IMG/VR virus record: IMGVR_UViG_3300027749_002876 | Location: 124,001 to 188,000 of that record | Length of the DNA: 64,000 nucleotides | Strand: one strand, 5' to 3' | In this document: in pieces, positions 56,265 to 64,000 of the stretch | How the letters are laid out: each line of letters opens with the position of its first letter | Numbering within the stretch: position 1 is the stretch's first letter | Made by a program: the position numbers and the translations under genes | Notes under the pieces: generated by a model | What the model was told of the DNA's origin: nothing | Database searches by the model: none | Seen by the model: only the letters and a program-made list of their open reading frames with translations

Positions 56265-58685
56265 TTAAGAGATTTTGCCGTTTGCTTTTGCTGTAGGAGG
56301 AACGCCGGCTCTACTAGTTAACCAACCAAACGCTTTTGCGTTCTTTTTGATACTGTAGGGATTAACATCTACTGTTAGTGCTGTCTTAAATCGTGGATCG
56401 TTTTTTTGTTTTTCACTTGGTATATAACCTGAGGCTTCATTAATTGGCTGTTTTAATATTTCAATGACTTTATCTGCGGCGGCTTTTAATGCTTGGTCAT
56501 ATCCCATTTCTTCTGCTTCTTTATCACTTTTACCTAAGAATGGTTTAAGCATACTTTTAGCAACATTTAACCTTACTTTTTCCTCGTCAGGTTGATTGTA
56601 CACCCGTTGTAATTGGCTTTCACGTTGAAAATAGCTAGACCATCCAATAGCATCAGCTAATCCTTGTATATCGTATCGTCTATGTTGTAGTGTTGGATTA
56701 CGATTATCAAACATCTTATGCTGTTTAATAATTCGTGGATCTAACACAACGCCTTGTGTTGGTTCATTGTGAGCAATCCAACCACCACCATCGTCATACA
56801 CACTGGTAAAGCCTAAATCACGCAATACTTTATTCCAACGAACAACATTAGTTTCATCATTTTGTCCTAGTCTACTTAAGCAGTCGTAGATAAACCAGTA
56901 TGGCGTATCATCATATTCATCTTCTTCACTTGCTTGTTGTATTACTTCTTCTGGGCAATATTGAAGTAATGCTTGTTTTAGTTTGGCAGGATCAACTTTG
57001 GTTTGTTTAGTCATTTCGCCTGAACGGTTATACTGAAACAACTGTAGATAGGGGAAGTTATCTCCCCATGGTAGTGATTCATCACGGTCAGCCATTTGCA
57101 TAAAATATTGCAATGGATAAAAGTAAATACCTTTAGGTGTGTCTTCGCTAACAGCCGCACGTGGGTTAATGCCTAACTTAGGCTCCATAGTCATACTAAC
57201 AGCCCAGTTATCTTTATCACTGATATTATCTTCAGCGTAATTAATAAGGTCATATTTTCCAGAGCCACTTTTTCTATTCTGTTCTGGGTTTCTACGTGCT
57301 TCTGCTACATCTTTCTTTACCCTACTCAATTCGTAGATAACTTTATTGCCGGTGTCTGCTCTAAATGCTTTAAAGCCCCAAGACTTAGAATAACGCTGAA
57401 CTAATTTGTCATATAGATTAGCTCTGCTTTGTGAGTCGTGTCCGGTGTCATCTACTTTGTTTGCAGAAAAGGTTATTTTATTGGGCGTATACTCTTTAAT
57501 AAATGTTTGTATAGCACTTAACACAGTGGCAAATACACGTTGTTGATCACCTTCGCCGGTGACTTCTTGGCTATTGTTTCTCCAAAACTCAACACTCCAT
57601 GCTTCCTCTTTTGAATCTTTACTAAATCCCTTGTTAAACATAATACTTAGAAAAGTTCCGTCATCTAATCGTGCTATTGCATCTACATCACCATAGTCAC
57701 CCTTTTCCCACCGAAGTACTTCATACGGTTTATCAAAACTTTCTTCTAATCCAATTTTAGCTAATTTGTTGTAATAATGAGGATCTTCGCCAATATGGTC
57801 TAGTGCAATTTTACGTGCAATATTACGTTCACTTGTATGCTCTAATTCAACTTTGATTCCTTTGTCTAACTGTATCAATATATCACGTTTAGGTACTTTA
57901 TACTTGATAACAAGTTGCTCAATAGTAGGAGTAGTTTTATACATCAGTTCATTATCTTCTTCAACGGAATACATACCTTCAATACTCAATCGTTGGCTAT
58001 GTAGCTTGTCCCGTAAATCATATAATTTAGTAATAACACCCTGACTACGTAACACTTTATAAGCTAGGTTCTCTGGGCCAAACTCACCACCAAAGTCCAA
58101 TCCAGCTTGGCGATATCGTTTGATAGTATCTAATACGTTTTTTACCTTACTTAAATCTTTTGAATGTAATGCATATTCTATTATTTTAGCTAACTTTTCA
58201 TACTTCTGCTTAGTAGCAGTTTGGTCTAAGTTGCTTCTACGTTTACTGGGGACTCTGATCCATTTGTTCTTTATTATACTATATTCACCTAAACTAATTA
58301 CCGGTAAATTTGCATCCTGAACATATAACTCTACTGGAATTCCATTGATAGTGATATCATGTGATTCATTATACAGATTCTTTTTAGCGTGAAACAGTTC
58401 TTGGTAAACTGCATCATCTGAGTATTGAGTTAAATCCACTAAGATATGTAAATCTAAATCACTATTGGGAGTGTAACTAAATGCCGCATTACTGCCGGAT
58501 ATAGTAATATCTTTAACGTCTAAGTCTTTGACACCTAATTCAGAAATAAAATCTTGTGCAATAACTTTAAGTTGTTCATCAACATCAGGACGTAGTTGTT
58601 GCCCATGAAATAACTTAGGGTTAAGTTGGTCGTGAAATGCTATTGCATCTGACATTTTAAATGAGTCGAGTTCTTTTAGGTCCAT
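56265..58685 (-). CDS. polyvalent protein: pol-beta-type nucleotidyltransferase, DUF5661-like and further modules
   Basis: GSNA...SDLDLH; GIKVELEH...IALDH..EDPHYY; TPKGIYFYP...EPTQGVVLDP. Confidence 0.7.
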   Translation of the reverse strand: MDLKELDSFKMSDAIAFHDQLNPKLFHGQQLRPDVDEQLKVIAQDFISELGVKDLDVKDITISGSNAAFSYTPNSDLDLHILVDLTQYSDDAVYQELFHAKKNLYNESHDITINGIPVELYVQDANLPVISLGEYSIIKNKWIRVPSKRRSNLDQTATKQKYEKLAKIIEYALHSKDLSKVKNVLDTIKRYRQAGLDFGGEFGPENLAYKVLRSQGVITKLYDLRDKLHSQRLSIEGMYSVEEDNELMYKTTPTIEQLVIKYKVPKRDILIQLDKGIKVELEHTSERNIARKIALDHIGEDPHYYNKLAKIGLEESFDKPYEVLRWEKGDYGDVDAIARLDDGTFLSIMFNKGFSKDSKEEAWSVEFWRNNSQEVTGEGDQQRVFATVLSAIQTFIKEYTPNKITFSANKVDDTGHDSQSRANLYDKLVQRYSKSWGFKAFRADTGNKVIYELSRVKKDVAEARRNPEQNRKSGSGKYDLINYAEDNISDKDNWAVSMTMEPKLGINPRAAVSEDTPKGIYFYPLQYFMQMADRDESLPWGDNFPYLQLFQYNRSGEMTKQTKVDPAKLKQALLQYCPEEVIQQASEEDEYDDTPYWFIYDCLSRLGQNDETNVVRWNKVLRDLGFTSVYDDGGGWIAHNEPTQGVVLDPRIIKQHKMFDNRNPTLQHRRYDIQGLADAIGWSSYFQRESQLQRVYNQPDEEKVRLNVAKSMLKPFLGKSDKEAEEMGYDQALKAAADKVIEILKQPINEASGYIPSEKQKNDPRFKTALTVDVNPYSIKKNAKAFGWLTSRAGVPPTAKANGKIS

Positions 58686-58692
58686 ACAGTAT

Positions 58693-59340
58693 TTATCTCT
58701 GCATTAATAGGTCAACAAACTCTAATAGTAGTGTATGATGTTTCTCCTGATGCCAGTGTTTATTGATATATTGCCATGGTTTTTGATACCAATATTCCTG
58801 ACTTTCTAAATGACAGCCTATTAATCCTATTCTATTTTGTATGATAGCCATTGGATCGCCGTTAGCATATGTTGATATTGTTGTGAATTTATCACTATTT
58901 CCTATCATTGCACATCCATCATAAAAAAACATATTTTCATTGTTACCATTCCATATTACCGATGCTACTGTACCATAAGATTTTTTAATGTCGCTAGTTG
59001 GTCTCTTAATGTATTGTACTGGCTCAACGTTATCAAGTATGTCAAAATAATAACTTCCGGCCCAATATGCCCCCATACATATTCCCAAATATCTACCGCC
59101 ATTACTAATGTAATCAGCAAATTTGTTTTGTATTTTTCTTCTAAAAAATTTATCATAAGAACTAGCGTCTCCTATTCCTCCTGGAAATGATACCATATCA
59201 TATGATTCTAAATTAATAGTGCTACATTCATCAAATGAGAATAAAGTAATAGCATATGAATTAGATAGTGCTTTTATCATACCTTCACAACAATCCTTAC
59301 TACATTCAGGATGGTTTATGAATAATGCTATTGTTTTCAT
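58693..59340 (-). CDS. BPL_N-like / class I glutamine amidotransferase-like protein
   Basis: FPGG, GGRYLGICMGAY, GCHLE. Confidence 0.8.
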   Translation of the reverse strand: MKTIALFINHPECSKDCCEGMIKALSNSYAITLFSFDECSTINLESYDMVSFPGGIGDASSYDKFFRRKIQNKFADYISNGGRYLGICMGAYWAGSYYFDILDNVEPVQYIKRPTSDIKKSYGTVASVIWNGNNENMFFYDGCAMIGNSDKFTTISTYANGDPMAIIQNRIGLIGCHLESQEYWYQKPWQYINKHWHQEKHHTLLLEFVDLLMQR

Positions 59341-59347
59341 TTAGTTA

Positions 59348-60058
59348 CTAACTCCAGTATTTAGATGAGTCTAAACTATCCCAATATCTTTTATTATTGC
59401 GGTTGATGAAGTTTTTAATTAAGTAAGTAGCCATACCAAAGTATCCCATCTTTTTAAATCTACGACTGTCCTGTCCAAAATAGTGATTGACAATACTAAA
59501 CTTTTTAGGACTATACATTCTGGATAGGAAATAATCTTCAGACGTTACTGTCTTTTCGGGGAAACCACCCAATTCTTCAAACTTGTCCCTGCGAGTCAAC
59601 ATAAATGCTCCAATTGCAAAGGGTGAGAAATATTTCAGTATATGGTTTATAATATTAAAGATAGTAAATCCAATACTTGCACGTATATCGTTGTCATAAG
59701 ACTTGATGTTTAATCCAACCAGATCCAATTGATTAACTTCTATTTCTCTAACAGCATCTTTAATTACATCATTTTTAAAAAAACGTACATCGGCGTCAAT
59801 GAATAGTATGTATGGTGTTGTAACTAATTTAGCTCCATTGTTCTTAGCAATAGAAACAGGGCCACCTTCAATAACTTCCACGTTCAATGAATAACTATTA
59901 TCTTTTATAACGTGTCTGGTATTATCAGTAGAACAGTCTGCAATGATAATTCTAGTATCACCGATGTATTGTAAACGCAGTGATTCTAATAAATGATGGA
60001 TATAATTTTCCTCATTTTTGCAAGGAACTACGATAGTAATTTTATCACTGACTTTCAT
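59348..60058 (-). CDS. glycosyltransferase family 2
   Basis: IVVPCKNEE, DCSTDNT, FIDAD, SEDY. Confidence 0.9.
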   Translation of the reverse strand: MKVSDKITIVVPCKNEENYIHHLLESLRLQYIGDTRIIIADCSTDNTRHVIKDNSYSLNVEVIEGGPVSIAKNNGAKLVTTPYILFIDADVRFFKNDVIKDAVREIEVNQLDLVGLNIKSYDNDIRASIGFTIFNIINHILKYFSPFAIGAFMLTRRDKFEELGGFPEKTVTSEDYFLSRMYSPKKFSIVNHYFGQDSRRFKKMGYFGMATYLIKNFINRNNKRYWDSLDSSKYWS

Positions 60059-60225
60059 TTCTTTACACACTTTCCTTCAATTTTAAATTGATTAAATTTT
60101 AACCAATATGTCATACTTTGTAGACTTTGTTCACATGCCACTCGGTCCTGAAACATCAACTCCACTCTCGCCGGCACGTCTTTTGAGTCGTTTAAGTGAA
60201 CTGCCATTAACATCAATATCCACAT
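60055..60225 (-). CDS. small protein MWILMLMAVHLNDSKDVPARVELMFQDRVACEQSLQSMTYWLKFNQFKIEGKCVKK
   Basis: Translated by hand; AAGGAG SD; ATGA overlap with the GT2 start. Confidence 0.55.
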   Translation of the reverse strand: MWILMLMAVHLNDSKDVPARVELMFQDRVACEQSLQSMTYWLKFNQFKIEGKCVKK

Positions 60226-60973
60226 TGTCCTTCTCCTTAGTCCAGGTTACTATTTCCCAACTACCATTGTGATGTTCTACTAATGCTGTACAACTTTCAA
60301 CCCAGTCACCATCATTCATGTAGATGACACCATCTATCTCTTTAATCTCTGCGTGGTGTATATGTCCACATATGACACCATCATAACCACGTTTTTTACA
60401 ATAACCTGCCAAGTTCTTTTCAAACTGGAACATGAAGTCTATTGCTTTTTTTACTTTGTATTTAATATATTTACTAAGACTAAAATACCCAAAACCCATG
60501 CGATGACGGATCCAATTGAATTTGCTATTAAGCGATAAAATAAAGTCATATGCTTTGTCTCCTAAAAATGCTATCCAGGGTGCTAATCTAGTAATGCCAT
60601 CAAACAAGTCACCGTGTGTAACTAGATAATGCTTCCCATCAATACCTATATGTTCTATTTGATTGTGTATCTCTACTAGACCAAAGCTAAAACCATATGG
60701 TATCATTGGTCTGAGAAACTCATCGTGATTGCCTGCTATATAAACAACTCTAGTTCCTCGTTTAGCATGTCCTAATACCCTACGAACAACGTTAGTATGA
60801 CTTTGTTTCCAACGCCATTTATTCTGTTGTATGCGCCATGCATCAATGATATCACCCACAAGATATAATGTGTCGCAGGTGTTGTGTTTAAGAAAGTTGT
60901 TTAACTTATCCGCTTTACTATCTTTAGTACCAAGATGAACATCACTAACAAAGATAGAGCGGTATGTTTTCAT
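60131..60973 (-). CDS. UDP-2,3-diacylglucosamine hydrolase-like metallophosphoesterase
   Basis: SDVHLG, VGDIID, GNHD, HGD, CGHIH, NDGDW. Confidence 0.88.
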   Translation of the reverse strand: MKTYRSIFVSDVHLGTKDSKADKLNNFLKHNTCDTLYLVGDIIDAWRIQQNKWRWKQSHTNVVRRVLGHAKRGTRVVYIAGNHDEFLRPMIPYGFSFGLVEIHNQIEHIGIDGKHYLVTHGDLFDGITRLAPWIAFLGDKAYDFILSLNSKFNWIRHRMGFGYFSLSKYIKYKVKKAIDFMFQFEKNLAGYCKKRGYDGVICGHIHHAEIKEIDGVIYMNDGDWVESCTALVEHHNGSWEIVTWTKEKDNVDIDVNGSSLKRLKRRAGESGVDVSGPSGM

Positions 60974-61022
60974 CTTGTATTTATTTGTAATATTATGACA
61001 AATATGTGACAAGATAGCCATT

Positions 61023-61045
61023 AAAAAAGCCCCTTTCGGGGCTAG
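61023..61045 (-). terminator. intrinsic terminator
   Basis: AGCCCC-GAAA-GGGGCT-TTTT. Confidence 0.8.
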
Positions 61046-61046
61046 T

Positions 61047-61970
61047 TTAAGTTTGAATCGTAACGTTTCCGTCTGCATCCGGAACAGCTTGTTCTGCTAA
61101 CTTTTTCGCTTGTTCTTCGGCATACATAGGTCCGATTGTGTTCATCAAGTGTTGTTGATTTTCCATGCAGAATACATATGATCCTGAATGACGTAACAAT
61201 ACACGTTTATCCATCCAGATACGACCGCCCATATCACGCCAGTTTTCGCAGAATGTCCAGTCTTCACTGTAGTAACGATTCTGACGAACTGCTGTATCAA
61301 AGTAAGTCTTCAAGTGTTGGTCATACTTTGGATCTAAACCAATGTCGTTCTTATACTGCTTAACTGCAGGATGAGTCTTCATCTTCTCAAATACATGTTT
61401 CTTCATTAATAAGAAACCTGTACCTGCCTTAGATACTTCTTGTAAGCCATCTGGTCCTTCTTCAGCACCTTCAAATCCATTGACTACCCATTTGATTGGC
61501 ATAGTCTTCATAGGGTATAGTCCACCGATAACATCTACGTCACGGTTCAATAATACTAATAGATGCCATGGCTCCCAACCAATGTCTGCATCAACAAAGA
61601 ATAAGTGTGTTGCATCTGGCATGTCCAAAAACTTTGCAGTTAGTGTATTACGTGCCCGGCTAATGAGTGATTCATTGACCATTGTTTCTAATGTCCAATC
61701 GATACCAAGTTGACGGGCTGTGTTTGCCCACTTAATAAATGACATAAATGTAGATTCGGTTAGCATACCACCATAACATGGCATTGCAATATGTACTTTA
61801 GTTGTACGTAGAAAATCTACGTTAACTTGTACTTGTCCGGGAGTTGCGGCAGCTGGAGTTTCCGTTGGTGCAGCCGGGGGATTTTCAGCCGCTTGTTGGG
61901 CTATTTCTTGTACCTGTTCGACGGGTATTGTTTTTTCTTCAGTTGTTGCTTTGGTTTTTTTAGTTGCCAT
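61047..61970 (-). CDS. glycosyltransferase-like protein (GT-A fold)
   Basis: IAMPCYGG, ESLISRARN, FVDADI, GTGFLL, SEDWTFC. Confidence 0.8.
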   Translation of the reverse strand: MATKKTKATTEEKTIPVEQVQEIAQQAAENPPAAPTETPAAATPGQVQVNVDFLRTTKVHIAMPCYGGMLTESTFMSFIKWANTARQLGIDWTLETMVNESLISRARNTLTAKFLDMPDATHLFFVDADIGWEPWHLLVLLNRDVDVIGGLYPMKTMPIKWVVNGFEGAEEGPDGLQEVSKAGTGFLLMKKHVFEKMKTHPAVKQYKNDIGLDPKYDQHLKTYFDTAVRQNRYYSEDWTFCENWRDMGGRIWMDKRVLLRHSGSYVFCMENQQHLMNTIGPMYAEEQAKKLAEQAVPDADGNVTIQT

Positions 61971-62026
61971 GTGGTCCTCTTAAATGATGTAATTATTTAC
62001 ACTAGTTAAGAGGTGCCGAAATATTT

Positions 62027-63502
62027 TTATTTTTCGTCTAAGTAATCTTCATTTAGTCCTAAATCGCTATGAGGGAAAGCTATATAGCTATCGCCGTGCT
62101 CATCACCTATTCTAATGACAAATACTCCCGCATCGTCATCCCCGGATTCATTTTGTCCTATTTCCCAGCCCATTGAGTGTAATGTTTGTTGGGCTTGCCT
62201 CATTTGTTGCTCAGTACCATTCCACCACATTGCGGCTAACTTACGTAGTATTTCTTCATCAGGCTCTCTATCATCACTGCCGTTAGGGGCAAACTCTGTC
62301 AAATCAGTTATACGCATTGGCCCTCTACGTTTGAACTTATTGTTCTCTTGTTCATATGTAGTGGGGTAAGGAATACCTAAGCTCTCATCAACTTCACTGC
62401 CTGTAATAGCTTGCAACAAAGCACGTGCAACTACACGATCCTTTTCCTTTTCATCTTCAGGAAGTTGACTATAAGATTGCATAGCTAACTTAGCACGTTT
62501 TAATTTCTTCTCATCTGGTGTGGGAGTATCTAACTGTAGTTGGCCTTTATAGTCAGCTGCCGCTGTTACATTCCAACCTTTGTGAATAGCATCACTGATA
62601 GCTTCAATATCGGTTACACCTGCATCAATTAGTCGCTTTGCGGCTTTTGCTGATTGCATATTTGCCATCCAACCAAAGTTTGCACCCGGTGTACTACGAC
62701 CATAATGGTAGGCGTCATCTAACGCTTTATCGCTGATATGTGCAAGTTGTTCTACTGATAGACTTGCACCCTCTTTTACTTCTCGCGGTTTAATATGATT
62801 TATAACTGCTGGGGTTTTCTTCTCAGGAGGAATATATACATGTTGTTTAGGCTGTGTTACTGTTTTTTGGATAGGCACTGATTTTACTACTGGATCAACT
62901 TTGATATTCTCTGCTAACTCATTACCCATACCCATGTCTAACATTTTAACAACATTGGCAGCAAGCTTAGGGTTCTTTTGAGTGACTGGATATAAACTCA
63001 TAACCATTGCAGTCTTACGTTTATCATTCAATGTAGGCCAAGCATCACGTATCTCACTTGCACTTGTGATACCAGGACCAAACTCTACTGTAGGTAGATA
63101 TGTAATATATGCATGTTTGCTGAATGGTTGTAACCTTTTAGGTGGCCATGGTTGGAAGTAAGCCGGACTGCCATCTTTCTTCGTCCCACCTGGCTTAGGT
63201 TGTTCATTCTTATCTTTCTCACTACGAACAAAGATTAATACATCTTCGTTAGGATTGTAATGACTTGTGATTTCTTCTGCTTTGAAAGGACTTTTAACTT
63301 GTACAAAGTGTTTGTCAGCAACACCTGCAAGTTTTGCTAGTTTCTCTTTGATACTAAAAGGAAATGGTCTTGTTTTTGTATCATTGGTGGCGGCTACGTA
63401 TACATCAGCATCAGGAAAAGCCTTGATAGCACTTTGATACAGTGAAGCATGTCCTGCGTGAAACGGATGAAAGCCTCCCGGCATGACTACAATTTGTCTC
63501 AT
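62027..63502 (-). CDS. HxGH cytidylyltransferase-like domain plus RyR-like module
   Basis: PGGFHPFHAGH; SASEIR; AIHKGW...YSQLPEDEKEKDR. Confidence 0.75.
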   Translation of the reverse strand: MRQIVVMPGGFHPFHAGHASLYQSAIKAFPDADVYVAATNDTKTRPFPFSIKEKLAKLAGVADKHFVQVKSPFKAEEITSHYNPNEDVLIFVRSEKDKNEQPKPGGTKKDGSPAYFQPWPPKRLQPFSKHAYITYLPTVEFGPGITSASEIRDAWPTLNDKRKTAMVMSLYPVTQKNPKLAANVVKMLDMGMGNELAENIKVDPVVKSVPIQKTVTQPKQHVYIPPEKKTPAVINHIKPREVKEGASLSVEQLAHISDKALDDAYHYGRSTPGANFGWMANMQSAKAAKRLIDAGVTDIEAISDAIHKGWNVTAAADYKGQLQLDTPTPDEKKLKRAKLAMQSYSQLPEDEKEKDRVVARALLQAITGSEVDESLGIPYPTTYEQENNKFKRRGPMRITDLTEFAPNGSDDREPDEEILRKLAAMWWNGTEQQMRQAQQTLHSMGWEIGQNESGDDDAGVFVIRIGDEHGDSYIAFPHSDLGLNEDYLDEK

Positions 63503-63503
63503 A

Positions 63504-63869
63504 TCAATAACTTAACTTTACGAAATTAACTACACCTTGTGAAAAATCTTCAACTTTGGCTCTCATATAAACATAGCTACCTTCAATGTTAGTATACGTT
63601 GAAGCATTGGAATTTGCATTGCCATCAGCTACTAATTCATATACTTTGAACCAATCATTTTCAGTCGGAGTTGTAGCTAATGTAGCTTGTATAATGATAT
63701 TACCATTAACTTCTGTTAGGTTAATGTTAACAGTTTGCAATGCTCTAGGTGTTATGATATATGATGCGGCTGGTTGTTCATCACCTACTACTGTATAAGC
63801 ATTACCGTTATCTACGGTTGCACTCCATGCAGTTTGTGGCAATAAAATGAGTGTAGTTGTTTGGCTCAT
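63504..63869 (-). CDS. hypothetical structural protein
   Basis: IQATLATTPTENDWF...NIEGSYVYMRA. Confidence 0.7.
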   Translation of the reverse strand: MSQTTTLILLPQTAWSATVDNGNAYTVVGDEQPAASYIITPRALQTVNINLTEVNGNIIIQATLATTPTENDWFKVYELVADGNANSNASTYTNIEGSYVYMRAKVEDFSQGVVNFVKLSY

Positions 63870-64000
63870 TATGCTTTTACAACCTCAACAACAACACTGT
63901 CGCCAATTAATTCTTGGGCAACTTGTTCTAAAGCCGTTTCTATTTCAGGACTAGTGATACTAGTACCTGAATCATTGTCTTTTACTATTTTACTAAAAGT
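63869..64000 (-). CDS. partial hypothetical protein (3' end)
   Basis: Open frame ...ALEQVAQELIGDSVVVEVVKA* with TAATG overlap. Confidence 0.6.
   Translation of the reverse strand, partial: TFSKIVKDNDSGTSITSPEIETALEQVAQELIGDSVVVEVVKA

Overview
Fragment of a large, AT-rich tailed (T4-like/jumbo-type) bacteriophage genome, almost all coded on the minus strand. The auxiliary genes (IscU, AhpC/AhpD, DesA, LpxH-like) suggest a proteobacterial host; this is inference. Layout: (1) 353-2526, a cluster of 12 tRNAs plus a tRNA-like element and several structured spacers; (2) 3249-13669, tailoring enzymes (four PP-loop proteins, 2OG-Fe(II) oxygenases, sulfotransferase, desaturase, GNAT, radical SAM); (3) 13675-28718, redox/Fe-S genes, SleB hydrolase, PAAR, glutaredoxin, a GH7-like lipoprotein and nrdB/nrdA; (4) 28766-50469, very long repeat-rich fibre/appendage proteins; (5) 50479-64000, Dps, HNH, modular head-associated polyproteins and envelope-modifying enzymes. 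The main candidate novel system is translation-sensing control of the tRNA operon. A 45-codon leader peptide absent from the ORF track (2985-3122) uses all 20 amino acids and 36 distinct codons, and its 3' end forms an antiterminator that competes with an intrinsic terminator ahead of the tRNA cluster. A second leader, MKRSGKR, is coupled to mutually exclusive hairpins that mask or free the 5' end of a pair of structurally rewired tRNA-Lys genes. All folds were worked out by hand and no database searches were run.
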